Below are positions 25,087 through 38,003 of a stretch of 64,000 bases of DNA, piece by piece. How positions within the stretch are numbered: the first letter of the stretch is position 1; each line of letters begins with the position of its first letter. The notes under the pieces were generated by a model. The model made no database searches and was not told the DNA's origin. It saw only the letters and a list, made by a program, of their open reading frames with translations. The position numbers and the translations under genes were made by a program. The stretch covers positions 19,592,001-19,656,000 of the forward strand of contig NC_043023.1 of assembly GCF_006345805.1 (NCBI RefSeq), read 5' to 3'. The DNA is from Octopus sinensis (taxonomy: Eukaryota).

Positions 25087-25531
25087 CCCTTTAGTGTTTA
25101 AACTGGCCAAATCTGGCCCAATATATTCTACATATTTTATATTCAAACTGGCCATATCTAGCCTCTCACACCTAACCTGCATTGACAGTCTAAAAATAAA
25201 CAATCACATCATTGAAACCTCAAAGCTATAACATAATGCATGATTAATTCAAAACAATTTAGCCCTTTTGATACCAACCCAGCTGAAACCGGCTCTGGCT
25301 CTGAGTACAAATGTCTTGTTTTCATAAGTTTTGAATTAAAATCTTCCACCAAACCTTAGTCACAATTTATGTTCCTAACACTAGCTTAATGATAACTAAG
25401 TTATTTTACTAAATTCTTTGTTATATTTAAAGTAATTGAAAGGAACACAGAGCATCTCAAAATAAATACAGTAACGAAAGGGTTAAATAAAAAAGCATTA
25501 CATTTAACAGAGTAATCTGAACACTAAAGGG
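25087..25531. mobile_element. piggyBac-type MITE with a second piggyBac-type MITE (25263-25482) nested inside
   Basis: TTAA|CCCTTTAG...CTAAAGGG|TTAA, with TTAA at 25083-86 and 25532-35. Inner element TTAG|CCCTTTT...AAAGGG|TTAA. Related copies at ~7100-7830 and ~40240-40740. Confidence 0.8.
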
Positions 25532-25935
25532 TTAATGATGATTTCAAATTTTGGTACAGGGTCAGTAATTTCAAAGGGAGGGGGTTAAATCAGTTACATC
25601 AACCCTGAAAGAAAAATCCACTCTGAAGGTATTTGAACTCTGAATACAAAGACAGACAAAATGACATTAAGTATTTTTCCTGCTGTGCTAACGACTCTGC
25701 CAGCTCACCACCTTAATATCAATTTCAAATTTTAGCACAGGGCCAGCAATTTCGAGGAAAGGCTAAATTTGATTACATCAATTATAGTTGTTTAACTGGT
25801 AGTTATTTTATCGATCCCGATAGGACGAACGGCAAAGTCGACCTCGGACATGAAGACTGGCAAGCATTTTGCCTGGTGTGCTAACGATTCTACCAGCTCA
25901 GTGCCTTCAAGTAATAACAATAATAATAATAATAA

Positions 25936-26340
25936 TAGTGGCTGACGATATGTGCATCTCTGATCACGAGTAGAAGTAGTGGGGGAGCATCATAGCCATG
26001 TGTTGAGAGGGATTCTTTAGGGTTTGAATAATTCACCTCTGGAAACATGGGTGTTTCGTTCAACATCCTTAAACAACCCTTATTCAGGGACCTTTTGGGC
26101 CGGATGGGTTACTCGACCTGAAGAAAATTCTAACTGGGCCCCACCTGCAAGGTCATGTGCTGTTTATCTTGATATGAGATCACCATGTCGCGCACTTATG
26201 GTTGTCATGCATGTGCCTAGTGTACCCTTATCAGATGGGTAGGCATGATGGGTATACTGGGCTTCGTATATTTGTACCCCAGTGTCACTTTGATGGCATG
26301 AACTGCTCTCTCACTCAATAATAATAATAATAATAATAAT
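25936..26340 (+). mobile_element. Dispersed, 5'-truncated element flanked on both sides by (TAA)n
   Basis: (TAA)n at ~25912-25936 and ~26316-26340. Its 5' part is the reverse complement of part of the 1-1747 array unit. Confidence 0.65.
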
Positions 26341-27059
26341 CCTTTCTACCATAGTAATTTCAGGGCAGGGTTTAGTTGATTACATTAACTTGAAAGGATC
26401 AAATGCAAATTTGAATGCAGCAGAATTTGAACTCACAACGTAAAGACTGACAAAATGTTGCTAAGCATTTTGCCAGCCATACTAACAGGCGCAGGCGTGG
26501 CTGTGTGGTAAGTAGCTTGCTTACCAACCACATGGTTCCGGGTTCAGTCCCACTGCATGGCACCTTGTGCAAGTGTCTTCTACTGTAGACTCCGGCAGAC
26601 CAAAACCTTGTGAGTGGATTTGCTAGACGGAAACTGAAAGAAGCCCGTCGTATATAAATACATATATATATATATGTGTTTGTGTTTGTCCCCACAACTA
26701 TCGCTTGACAACTGATGTTAGTGTGTTTATGTCCCCGTAACTTAGTGGTTCAGCAAAAAGAGACCAATAGAATAAATACTAGGCTTACAAAGAATAAGTC
26801 CGGAGGTCGATTTGTTCAACTAAAGGCAGTGCTCCAGCATAGCCACAGTCAAATGACTGAAACAAATAATAAGAAAAAAACTGCCAGATCACTACCTTTA
26901 GTAATAAGAATAATCCTTTCTACCAAAGGCACAAGGCCAGTAATTTCAGGGTCGGGATTAGTCAATGACATTGGCCCAGTACGTAACTGGTACTTATTTA
27001 ATCGACCCCGAAAGGATGAAAGGCAAAGTTGACCTCGGCGGCCATGTGTATATATATAT

Positions 27060-27216
27060 TGATAGATCATTAGCCACTACACGCATTTTTTTCTCTCCTT
27101 GTTTTTTTTCTGTGTATCTTTCTGTAGAAGAGCGTAGGCTCAAAACGTAAAAGACTTTTTCAATTCCTGAGCGTTATACTAATACATCTAATACATATTT
27201 TCGTAAACTTTTCCTT

Positions 27217-27247
<31 letters not shown>

Positions 27248-27475
27248 GATTGATTGATTGATTCTAGTTTCAGCTCATGAGCTGTGGCCATGCTGGGGCA
27301 CTGCCATTATATATATATAAAGGGAAAGTTTACGAAAATAAACAAAAGACGAAGGCAGGTGGAGTACAAACAAACAAATGTATTAGTATGGCACTCAGGA
27401 ATAGAAATAGAAAAAGTCTTTTACATTTCGAGCCTACGCTCTTCGACAGAAAGATACACAGAAAAAAACAAGGAT
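27060..27475. mobile_element. Inverted pair of Penelope-like terminal repeats, each with a hammerhead-like motif
   Basis: 27060-27215 is the reverse complement of ~27320-27475. Each has the CTGT(A/C)GAAGAGCGTAGGCTC(G/A)AAA core. The Penelope assignment is inferred from this motif. Confidence 0.55.
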
Positions 27476-27849
27476 ATATATATATATACACACATCATTA
27501 TACAGATGTAATAGACAGACATACATGTATGCAGATACATTCATACATGCATGAGCACCCCGTCGGTTACGATGAGTGCCTCAGTTCATCCAATCAGCTA
27601 AACGAACCTGCTTGCAAAATTAACAGGCAAGCGAACTAGTTAACCGATCAACCATGCTGTGTTAATTAGTGACGAATTAATTAGAATAACAGGATTAGAC
27701 TTGTCTGCAGGGGGAACTGTTTGGGGAGTGATTATATGGATTGTGGGAACCATGTGGAGATTTTGTTTTGATTAAAAAAGAAACCCCAAGAGAGGGGGCA
27801 GAGACTAGCAACAGGTGATGATGGGGATGATGACGATGGTGATGATGTG

Positions 27850-28500
27850 TGTTCAGCCCTTGGTCAGTCATGATCCAGTAGACCTCCTACTGAGCATATC
27901 TCATCTTTTATTCATAGTGTATCTAGGACTACATTATCTAATGTACAGCATAGTAGTGAGTGTTGGTGGCTATAGTTGTTGTTGTTTAACCCTAGGTCAG
28001 TCCTGATCCAGACTGACCTATGATCAAAGATGTTCCATCTGTGACCATCCCATCTTTTATCCAGGCATAGTGTATCTAGGACTATATTATCTAATGTATA
28101 GTTTAGTAGTTAGTATTAGTGGCTATAGTTGTTGTTTAACCCTAGGTCAGTCCTGATCAAGATAGACCTATGACAAAAGACGTTCCAGCTGTGACCATCC
28201 CATGTTTTATCCAGGCATAGTGTATCTAGGACTACACTTACTAATGTATAGTATAGTAGTTAGTATTAATGGCTATAGTTGTTGTTTAACCCCAGGTCAG
28301 TCCTAATCCAGGCAGACCTATGATCAAGGATGTTCCAGCTGTGACCATCCCATCTTTTATTCAGGCATAGTGTATCTAGGACTACATTATCTAATGTCTA
28401 GTATAGTAGTTAGCATTAGTGGCTATAGTTGTTGTTGTTTAGCCCCAGGTCATTCCTGATCCAAACAGATACATGATCAAAGATGTTCCAACGATGACCA
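27850..28500 (+). repeat. ~150-bp tandem array (~4 copies)
   Basis: AACCC(T/C)AGGTCA at ~27987, 28138, 28288, 28441. An inverted sister array lies at 39835-40205. Confidence 0.85.
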
Positions 28501-28824
28501 ACCTGTCTTTTTGTAAATCAAGAACTTTCCAATATATTTTTATTTATAGATGATAGCATGTGATTTGAGGTACATTTAGCTGTTCTTTCTACGAAGGTGG
28601 TATAGTCGTTTGGGGGCGATGATGGTGGTAGAGTGATTTGAGGCAAACTTGGGTCCTGATGGGGTACCTTAATGAAATGGATCCAGGGGAGAGATAGGGA
28701 TGAAGCGATGCATAGCGAGAGAAAGAGAGGGGAAAGAAATAGTTGTAAGGAAGAGGAGGGGAAAAGAAAGATTGTAGGAAAGAAGAGTGATCTAAAGTTC
28801 TGCCTTAATAATAATAATTTCTTT

Positions 28825-30105
28825 GGATCTTTTCGGTTCGAACAGCAGCTTTTTCTAGTGTTGTCTTATGAAATTGTCACCCATAATTATGACCCTAGTA
28901 TCGATCTATTGCATTTCAATCTGTTTTAGGGTTAGGGTTAGGGTGTGGCGAAGGGTATCTTTTTTTTCTTCACAAATGTAAATAAACCCAGTCTGTTTCT
29001 TAAACGAGGTACATATTCATACAGCACTGAATGATTTTTTTTTTACCCCAATAGACGTCATTGATTGGTTGAAATTGCAGAAATTGAAGAAAAAAAACAA
29101 CAAATGAATCTTTTCGGTTTGAACAGCAGTTTTTCCTAGTGGGGTCATATGAAATTGTCACCCATAATTATGACCCTAGTATCGATCTATTGCATTCCAA
29201 TCTGTTTTAGGGTTAGGGTTATGGGTAGGGGAAGGGTATCTTTTTTTACTTCACAAATGTAAGTAAACCCAATCTGTTTCTTAAACGAGGGACATATTCA
29301 TACGACACAGAATGTTTTTTTATCTCAATAGACGTCATTGATTGGTTGAAATTGCAGAAATTGAAGAAAGAAAACAACAAATATCTTACAAACTATAGAA
29401 TTTTCTCAATAAAGCCAAGAGAAAAAGATGTTTTATAAACACATTCTACCAGTATACGAAGTTTAAAAGTGTTTAGTTACTTGGAAATTATTTTAAAAAA
29501 CTGCCGGTCAAACCGAAAAGACCCAAATATCTTACAAACTATAGAATTTTCTCAATAAAGCCAAGAGAAAAGATGCTTTATAAACACATCTACCCAGTAT
29601 ACGAAGTTTACAAGTGTTTAGTTAGGTGGAAATTATTTTTTAACTGCTGTTCAAACCGAAAAGACCCAAATATCTTACAAACTATAGAATTTTCTCAATA
29701 AAGCCAAGAGAAAAAGATGTTTTATAAACACATTCTACCAGTATACGAAGTTTAAAAGTGTTTAGTTACGTGGAAATTATTTTAAAAAACTGCCGGTCAA
29801 ACCGAAAAGACCCAAATATCTTACAAACTATAGAATTTTCTCAATAAAGCCAAGAGAAAAATGATTTTTATAAACACATTCTACCAGTATACGAAGTTTA
29901 AAAGTGTTTAGTTACGTGGAAATTATTTTAAAAAACTGCCGGTCAAACCGAAAAGACCCAAATATCTTACAAACTATAGAATTTTCCCAATAAAGCCAAG
30001 AGAAAAAGATGTTTTATAAACACATTCTACCAGTATACGAAGTTTAAAAGTGTTTAGTTACCTGGAAATTATTTTAAAAAACTGCCGGTCAAACCGAAAA
30101 GATCC
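28825..30105. mobile_element. MITE (GGATCTTTTCGGTTTGA TIR family) with a duplicated left part and five tandem 146-bp copies of its right end
   Basis: Begins GGATCTTTTCGGTTCGAAC and ends CAAACCGAAAAGATCC. ATATCTTACAAAC at 29381, 29527, 29670, 29816, 29962. An intact monomer lies at 62968-63379. Confidence 0.85.
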
Positions 30106-30383
30106 GAAAAAATTTGTGGGAAAGATAGACTGAGAGTGACCTAAAGTTCTGCCAGCACACTACCTTAATGATAATAATAATAATAATTTCTTTTATTAGC
30201 CACAAGGGCTCACATAAAATAACATTAAAAGACAAAAACAGGATGATACAAAGGGTTTTACAGCATGTAAACAATATAACAGTTAAAAATTAAACTCCCA
30301 GTAGAGGAGTTGCTTTACGGTCCTTGTGGAAAAAGCCACGGGTGCCTGAATAATAGGGCAAGAGCCCTTCTTTTTTTTTACAG

Positions 30384-31032
30384 GTGCAAAGTCGACCTCG
30401 CCGGAATTTGAACTCAGAACGTAACGTCAGACGAAATACCTATTTCTTTATTACCCACAAGGGGCTAAACACAGAGAGGGGACAAACAAGGACAGACATA
30501 GGTATTAAGTCGATTACATCGACTCCAGTGCGTAACTGGTACTTAATTTATCGACCCCAAAAGGATGAAAGACAAAGTCGACCTCGGCGGAATTTGAACT
30601 CAGAACGTAAAGACAGAGGAAATACCTATTTCTTTACTACCCACAAGGGGCTACACACAGAGAGGACAAAGAAACGGATTAAGTCGATTATATCGACCCC
30701 AGTGCGTAACTGGTACTTATTCAATCGACCCCGAAAGGATGAAAGGCAAAGTCGACCTCAGCAGAATTGAAGTCAGAACGTAACCTCAGACGAAATACCT
30801 ATTTCTTTATTACCCACAAGGGGCTAAAACACGAGGGGACAAACAAGGACAGACATAGGTATTAGTCGATTACATCGACCCCAGTGCGTAACTGGTACTT
30901 AATTTATCGACCCCGAAAGGATGAAAGGCAAAGTCGACCTTGGCGGAATTTGAACTCAGAACGTAACGGCAGACGAAATTCAGTTACGCATTTCGCCTGT
31001 CGTGCTAACGGTTCTGCCAGCTCGCCGCCTTA
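30384..31032 (-). mobile_element. OK-like SINE with tandemly reiterated internal unit
   Basis: Head at 31032. About 3.5 reiterations of the GTCGACCTC...GAAATACCTATTTCTTT unit. Confidence 0.85.
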
Positions 31033-31191
31033 ATAATAGTAATAATAATTCTTTCTACTATAGACAGAAGGCCTGAAATTTGCGGGGTGGGGACGGACGA
31101 AATGCCGGTAAACGTTATTATTCGGCAGGTGCTAACGACTGTGCCAACTTGCCGCATATCAAATTGAAATACTAAATTTCCTTAAGATACA

Positions 31192-31378
31192 GGCGCAGGA
31201 GTGGCTGTGAGGTAAGTAGCTTGCTGACCAACCACATGGTTCCGGGTTCAGTCCCACTGCGTGGCATCTTGGGCAAGTGTCTTCTACTATAGCCTTGGGC
31301 TGACCAATGCCTTGTGAGTGGATTTGGTAGACGGAAACTGAAAGAAGCCTGTCGTATATATGTATATATATATATATG

Positions 31379-31409
<31 letters not shown>

Positions 31410-31607
31410 TTGTCCCCCTAGCATTGCTTGACAACCGATGCTGGTGTGTTTAGGTCCCCGTTACTTAGCGGTTCGGCAAAAGAGACCGATAGAATAAGTA
31501 CTGGGCTTACAAAAGAATAAGTCCCGGGGTCGAGTTGCTCGACTAAAAGCAGTGCTCCAGCATGGCCGCAGTCAAAATGACTGAAAGAAGTAAAAGAGTA
31601 AAGAGTA
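31192..31607 (+). mobile_element. OR-like CORE-SINE, full length
   Basis: Same architecture as 7874-8287. Other copies at 26487-26870, 33200-33608, 37800-38212, 50302-50835 (+) and 56122-56516, 59415-59796 (-). Confidence 0.88.
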
Positions 31608-32324
31608 TAAGGTGCGTATAAGGGAGATAATTGTGATTTGATACAAGGGAAACAACTTTCAATTTCAGTTGATTTGTCTATCTTTATGCTGTTGTCTATA
31701 AGGAGGGCAATTGTGTTGAGAATCTTACAATTCGAAGCCGAACGTAATTTTCTATTCTAAACGTGATGAACAGAAAATAAGAGAAGCACAGGCGTGGCTG
31801 TGTGGTAAGTAGCTTGCTAACCAACCACATGGTTCCGGGTTCAGTCCCACTGCGTGGCACCTTGGACAAGTGTCTTCTACTACAGTTTCGGGTCGACCTA
31901 AGCCCTTTGGGTGGATTTGGTAGACGGAAACTGAAAGAAGCCCATCGTATATATATATATAGAAGTGGCTGTGTGGTAAGAATCTTGCTTCCCAACCACA
32001 TGGTTCCGGGTTCAGTCCCACTGCGTGGCACCTTGGGCAAGTGTCTTCTACTACATTTTCGGTCGGGCCGACCTAAGCCCTTTGAGTGGATTTGGTAGAC
32101 GGAAATTGAAAGTCCCTCGTGGGTGTTTTGTGTATGGGTGTGTATACCGTTTAATCCAAAGCGAGGGAGTGGGGCAGGCAAAAGCCAGGCTATATGTGTT
32201 TCCTAGCTAGCAGATTCCCGGAAGTAATAATTTCCTTTTCACTCTAGGCACAAGGCCCGAAATTTGGGGGGAGGGAGGCTAGTCGATTGGATCGACTCCA
32301 GGACGCAACTGGTACTTCATTTAT

Positions 32325-32592
32325 CAACAGATAGATAGACAGACAGATAGATAGAAAGAGATAGATAGATAAATAGATAGACAGATAGATAGTCAGGCAG
32401 ACTGATAGATAGATAGATAAATAGATAGATAGATAGAGAGAGAGAGATAGACAGATAGAGATAGATAGATAGATAGATAGATGGATTGATAGGTAGATAG
32501 ACAGACAGATAGATAGATAGAAAGAGATAGATAGACAGATAGAAAGAGAGAAAGATAGATAGGAAGAGAGAGAAAGAAAGATAGAAAGAGAG

Positions 32593-32630
<38 letters not shown>

Positions 32631-32660
32631 GAAGAGAGAGAAAGATAGATAGAAAGAGAG

Positions 32661-32703
<43 letters not shown>

Positions 32704-32753
32704 CAGAGCGATAGATAGATAGATATAGATAGACAGATATAGATAGATCAATT

Positions 32754-32827
<74 letters not shown>

Positions 32828-32905
32828 CAGACAGAGCGATAGATAGATAGATGGGTAGATAGATAGATATATAGATAGATAGATGGGTAAATAGATAGAT
32901 AGATG
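32325..32905. repeat. (GATA)n tetranucleotide microsatellite
   Basis: Seen directly. Confidence 0.97.
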
Positions 32906-33882
32906 TGAACCATCAAGGAAATAGACACAGTATCTAAAACTAGTTCGAGATAGCTATGGTTGATAATAAATCGCAAGTGGAACCATGTTGTCGGCGATGG
33001 CTAACTCAGTCCACGCTGCCCCACTCACATGAAACGTACAGGCTAAGGGGCGAAACACTTGTGACCCTGAGATACCTGCAGACGATACAGAAGCTGTTTC
33101 CGGCATTACAACGGATTTAGAAGAGCTTGGAAAATGTCTGAGTAGCTTCCGCAGTTTTTGCATGGGACAAAAACATCTCTGATGTTTAATTCATTTAGAG
33201 GAGTGGCTGTGTGGTAAGTAGCTTGTTTACCAACCACATGGTTCCGGGTTCAGTCCCACTGCGTGGCATCTTGGGCAAGTGTCTTCTGCTATAGCCCCGG
33301 GCCGACCATTGCCTTGTGAGTGGATTTGGTAGACGGAAACTGAAAGAAGCCTGTCGTATATATGTATATATATATATAAGTGTGTGTGTATATGTTTGTG
33401 TGTCTGTGTTTGTCCCCCTAGCATTGCTTGACAAACCGATGCTGTGTGTTTTACGTCTCCCCGTCACTTAGCAGTTCGGCAAAACAGACCGATAGAATAG
33501 TACTGGGCTTACAAACAATAAGTCCCGGGGTCGATTTGCTCGACTAAAGCCGGTGCTCCAGCATGGCCGCAGTCAAATGACTGAAACAAGTAAAAGAGTA
33601 AAAGAGTAATTTTTAGACGCAATGCCATCTTTCGATGTGAAGATCTTTTTTTATTGTAATGAATGCAAATTCATGAGTCGAAGCGCTTAACGGAAAGACT
33701 ATCTGTCACTGAGAAGAAAATAACCTTGATAGCAGTTTAAATGCGTTCGAGAGAGATTCGAACCCGTAAGAATGTTATTCACTGTAGTTTGTCATTGACA
33801 AATATTCTCGCTGTATAAGGTCCCATGCAGGCCCGTCTCTAGACTTTGGTGCCTGGGGGATCTGCAGAATATTCTGGATAAG

Positions 33883-34281
33883 AAGGCGGCGAGCTGGTAG
33901 AAACGTTAGCACGCCGAGCGAAATGCTTAGCAGTATTTCATCTGCCGCTACGTTCTGAGTTCAAAATTCCGCCGAGATCGACTTTGCCTTTCATCCTTTC
34001 ACGGTCGATTAAATAAGTACCAGTTACGCACTGGGGTCGATGTAATCGACTTAATCCGTTTGTCTGTCCTTGTTTGTCCTCTGTGTTTAGCCCCTTGTGG
34101 GTAGTAAAGAAATAGTTATTTCGTCTGCCGTTACGTTCTGAGTTCAAATTCCACCGAGGTCGACTTTGCCTTTCATCCTTTCGGGGTCGACAAATGAAGT
34201 ACCAGTTACGCACTTGGGTCGATGTAATCGACTTAATCCGTTTGTCTGTCCCCTCTGCCCCTTGTGGGCAGTAAAGAAATA
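33883..34281 (+). mobile_element. OK-like SINE (two units) with 17-bp TSD
   Basis: AGAATATTCTGGATAAG at both 33866-33882 and 34282-34298. Confidence 0.9.
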
Positions 34282-34340
34282 AGAATATTCTGGATAAGCA
34301 CTAATTTGTAACAATACTTAAGTGGAGTAAATCTATAGGG

Positions 34341-34488
34341 GGCGATCCTTCGGTATAGGTACCGTAAGTGACTTTGTTTACATTTCTGAACATAACAAAA
34401 ACCCTAACCCCCCATATATATTATATATAAAAAAAACACTTTCTTGAAATGTATCCGGTACTTCTGGTACCTATACCGAAGTTACGCC
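34341..34488. mobile_element. 148-bp MITE-like element just upstream of the CEP41 promoter
   Basis: Left GGCGATCCTTCGGTATAGGTACC; reverse complement of the right end is GGCGTAACTTCGGTATAGGTACC. Internal AACCCTAACCC. Confidence 0.7.
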
Positions 34489-34544
34489 ATCTAAGTGTGT
34501 ACCATTGAATAGTAAGGGCCAGTGCCGACCAGTGCCATCCAAAG

Positions 34545-34695
34545 TGCCCCCCCGCCCCCGTTTGCAACGGACACGGGTCTATGGTCTGACATAAAGGTTA
34601 GACAAGCGTTAATAACGGAAACGGTTTGCGTGTGAGTGCGCATGCTCCGTAACAGCGAGTCTAGTTGCCAACGTAACGAGGAAGATGGCGGGTGT
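34545..34695 (+). promoter_or_regulatory. CpG-rich CEP41 promoter/5' UTR with GC box, NRF1-like site, RFX X-box and YY1/Kozak motif
   Basis: CCCCGCCCC at ~34550, TGCGCATGC at 34637, GTTGCCAACGTAAC at 34664-34677 (11/14 to GTTGCCATGGCAAC), AAGATGGCGG over the ATG. Confidence 0.65.
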
Positions 34696-34747
34696 TTATC
34701 GAAGTGGAGTGATGCTGGCGAACAAGAAGAAGACGACCAAGCCTGCC
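34685..34747 (+). CDS. CEP41: Centrosomal protein 41 kDa, exon 1 (MAGVYRSGVMLANKKKTTKPA)
   Basis: ATG in AAGATGGCG context within a CpG-rich promoter, GTAAGC donor at 34748, phase 0 fits exon 2. The peptide itself is not conserved, so this exon is supported by context only. Confidence 0.72.
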
Positions 34748-34904
34748 GTAAGCCTACACACATGTCCATAGGGGAAGGGAAATAGATATGTATTTAGTGT
34801 GCGAATGTGTATAGAGCGTTAAACTGCCTGTGTGTATATATAAACGCCTGTATATAAAGTTTTATTGGTGTTTGCGTGTGTATAACTGTTGTAATGCAAC
34901 ACGT

Positions 34905-34957
<53 letters not shown>

Positions 34958-35194
34958 TGTGTGTGTGCGTGTGTATATAACTGCTTTTATATAGTATGTA
35001 CGTGTACGTGTGTATAGCTGTCAACACGCATAAATACACATAAAATGTGTGAGTGGGTGTGTAGTATAAATGTGTGAATAGCTGTCTGCACGTGTGTATG
35101 TATGTGTGTATATATGTATATATATATATATATATATCCTCTTTTTCATAATATTGAGGTCTCTTTCTTTCTTTTGTTATCTTACCGTTTTTAC

Positions 35195-35231
<37 letters not shown>

Positions 35232-35868
35232 TTTATCGAGTGAAGAAACGGTATGGACGATTTGTTTTGGAGTCTAGCAATACCATGTACGCCTATGAGG
35301 ATTTATTTTCCCAATGAAACTCGGTTTTTTTTCCCCAAACTTTTTCTCAAACCTGCTATAATGTAATACATGTCCTTGGTGTGGCAATTGTACGCGGCTG
35401 AAGAAGGCTTTTGATCTACATGTTATATCAATTATGCATTGATATAAACTTTTCAATAAAGCCAGAAACATATGTACCGCAAAATCCTTTGCGTCCTGTT
35501 TTTCTTTTGATACATATATATATATATATTAAGATTCAGGTGAATAAGGTGCTTAAATGCTACGATACCGGTTCGGGGCAAAAGTAAAATCCATACACAG
35601 CAACTATGTCCGTCTGTCTATCTATCTATCTTTCTTTCTTTGGGTGTATGTGTATCTATATATCTATGTCTGTATAAATATATATCTCTGTATGTCTGTT
35701 CACACATAATGGTGTGTGTAAATAGCGTTGAAAACCTCTTAGATATGAAAAGAAAAGAAAAATACAAAAAAACGAAGAATACACATTTGTAAACATGACA
35801 GATGTGGGTTCGAGTCTTATGGACAACCTTAAAATTTTTTTTTTTTCTATCCAAGCAGTTTTTGTCGG

Positions 35869-36981
35869 ACATCAGGGATATGTTGTCCACGTAAATTGGA
35901 ATTACTCCGTTTTGATGAATTTTTCAGATTTTTTTTCACAGGGCCCTTGGAAATTAAGGGGAGGCATCTTTTAGTAAATAGAAAGTTTCGAAAAATGATC
36001 TCCGCGGACCGTTTTTCGTTGATTCTCTGGTCACTACACGCTTAAAACCGAGGAAAGAAACCTCATTAAAAAAAAAAATTTTTATCTTTTCGGTTTGACC
36101 GGCCGTTTTTAACATAATTTCCAGGTAACTAAAAAATTTTAAACTTTGTATACTGGTAGAATGTGTTTATAAAACATCTTTTTCTCTTGGCTTTATTGAG
36201 AAAATTCTATAGTTTGTAAGATATTTGTTGTCTTTTTTTCTTCAATTTCTGCAATTTCAACCAATCAATGACGTCTATTGAGGTAAAAAAAACATTCTGT
36301 GCCGTATGAATATGTCCCTCGTTTAAGAAACAGATTGGGTTTATTTACATTTGTGAAGAAAAAAACGATACCTTTCCCGCCATCCCTAACCCTAAAACAG
36401 ATTGAAATGCAATAGATCGATACTAGGGTCATAATTATGGGTGACAATTTCATATGACCCGGCTAGAAAAAACTGCTGTTCAAACCGAAAAGATCCTTTT
36501 CTACTCTAGGTACAAGGGCCGAAATTTTTGGGGAGGGGGCCTGTCAATTAGATTGACTCTAGTACACAACTGTTACTTAATATATCGACCCTGGAAAGGA
36601 TGAAATGCAAAGTCGACCTTGGCAGAATTTGAACTCAGAACGTAAAGACAGATGAAATACTGCTAAATATTTCACCCGGCGTGCAAACTTTTCTGCCTGC
36701 TCGCCACTTTACGGGGAGAAAAATATTAAACAAAGAAACAAGGAAGGTATCAGATGGTCGTAAGATGTGCAAAAAACAATAGCTAAATCACTCTTAACTT
36801 TTTCCAAAATTCCATGTATTATGGTGAGAGAAGCAAATTCATTAGTTTTCAAAAAATTGTTTTTCCTAAAGAGATGCCTCCCCACCAACAATTCCAAGGG
36901 CATCATGAAAAAAATTGAAAAAATGAAAGATCCCCATTAAAATGGAGAAGTTTGAACTTATGTGGGCAACATCCCTGATGT
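35869..36981. mobile_element. Old DNA transposon with ~115-bp degenerate TIRs, carrying a nested MITE (36084-36496) and SINE
   Basis: CAGGGATATGTTGTCCACGTAA...GGGGAGGCATCT on the left; AGATGCCTCCCC...TTATGTGGGCAACATCCCTG on the right. Confidence 0.55.
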
Positions 36982-37024
36982 TTTCTGGGTTTGTTTGTTT
37001 TTTTTATCCACTATTTACATGTCG

Positions 37025-37168
37025 TTTGTGTGAAGAAGTGTCACACTCTAATAGTGGAAGGGACTTGTGGAAGAGGCAAACCCAGGAAGACATGTGATGA
37101 GGTGGTGAAGCATGATTTTTTAATGTTGGGCCCCATGGAGGCATTAACAAGTGACCGAGACCTTATTC
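37025..37168 (+). mobile_element. RTE LINE ORF C-terminal fragment
   Basis: CVKKCHTLIVEGTCGRGKPRKTCDEVVKHD...TSDRDL resembles the RTE GRGRPRKTW end. It resumes near 37650 as LEKT and the 3' UTR. Confidence 0.7.
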
Positions 37169-37645
37169 TGTTATAATGGAAGGCAAGGTTTACGATATCG
37201 GAAGAATATCGCCCTCTCCTATTATATCTTGTTCTTTGTGTAGCTCAGGCTCCGGCAGGCGAAGAAAGAAGTCTTTAATTACAAATGCAATTTACAACCG
37301 GTTTATTTACAGGTTTCACAGAACAGGTGAAGTGCTTTGCTCTCAGCAACCATCTCAAGCTGTGTGTGGGGTGTTGTATCTCTGTTAGTGCGGGCCCATT
37401 GCCTCTGGAGGTACAACATGCAAACAGGCCCAGCCAGTGAAGTGTGCTCAGCAAGCGCTGCTGCGAAGAAGCGGAGAGGATGAATCTGTTTCTGTTTGGC
37501 CCTTATATACAGTTTGCCATCGCGAGCCTTGTTGTGATCTCGCACATGGCAAATGGATGCAGGTGAGGTCTCGCTCCAGTCTCGGAGATGGTAATGGCTG
37601 CTGCAAGATCTCGTCCAATATGGCACTGACTGCTTGTGCTGCTTC
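37169..37645 (-). mobile_element. Possible solo LTR inserted in the RTE fragment
   Basis: On the minus strand: TATA-like TATATAAG (~37505), AATAAA (~37300) and terminal TAACA (37169). No clear 5' TG or TSD. Confidence 0.35.
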
Positions 37646-37957
37646 ACCCTACTTGAGAAGACCTGTGAAACTGAGATCATAGTCATGGCAAATGCCAGTG
37701 TTGTGTAACTGGCACGTAAAAAGAACCCTCAAAATGTTGGGCAATATGCTGTGCTTGGGAAGGAAGACCTGTTGAGCCATGTGAAGCTCTAGTTGTGGCT
37801 GGATGTGTGGTAAGTAGCTTGTTTACCAACCACATGGTTCTGGGTTCAGTCTCACTGCGTGGCACCTTGGGCAAGTGTCTTACACTACTATAGCCTCGGG
37901 CCGACCAAAACCTTGTGAGTGGATTTGGTAGGCGGAAACTGAAAGAAGCCCGTCGTA

Positions 37958-38003
<46 letters not shown>

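Noticed and set aside
28925-28945. TTAGGG repeats as a telomere or interstitial telomere
   Set aside because: Only three hexamers, and they are an internal part of a dispersed MITE.
32950-33190. Unique GC-balanced stretch as a possible exon of a divergent gene
   Set aside because: No recognisable protein similarity and no consistent splice sites or partner exons. It may be a TE fragment.
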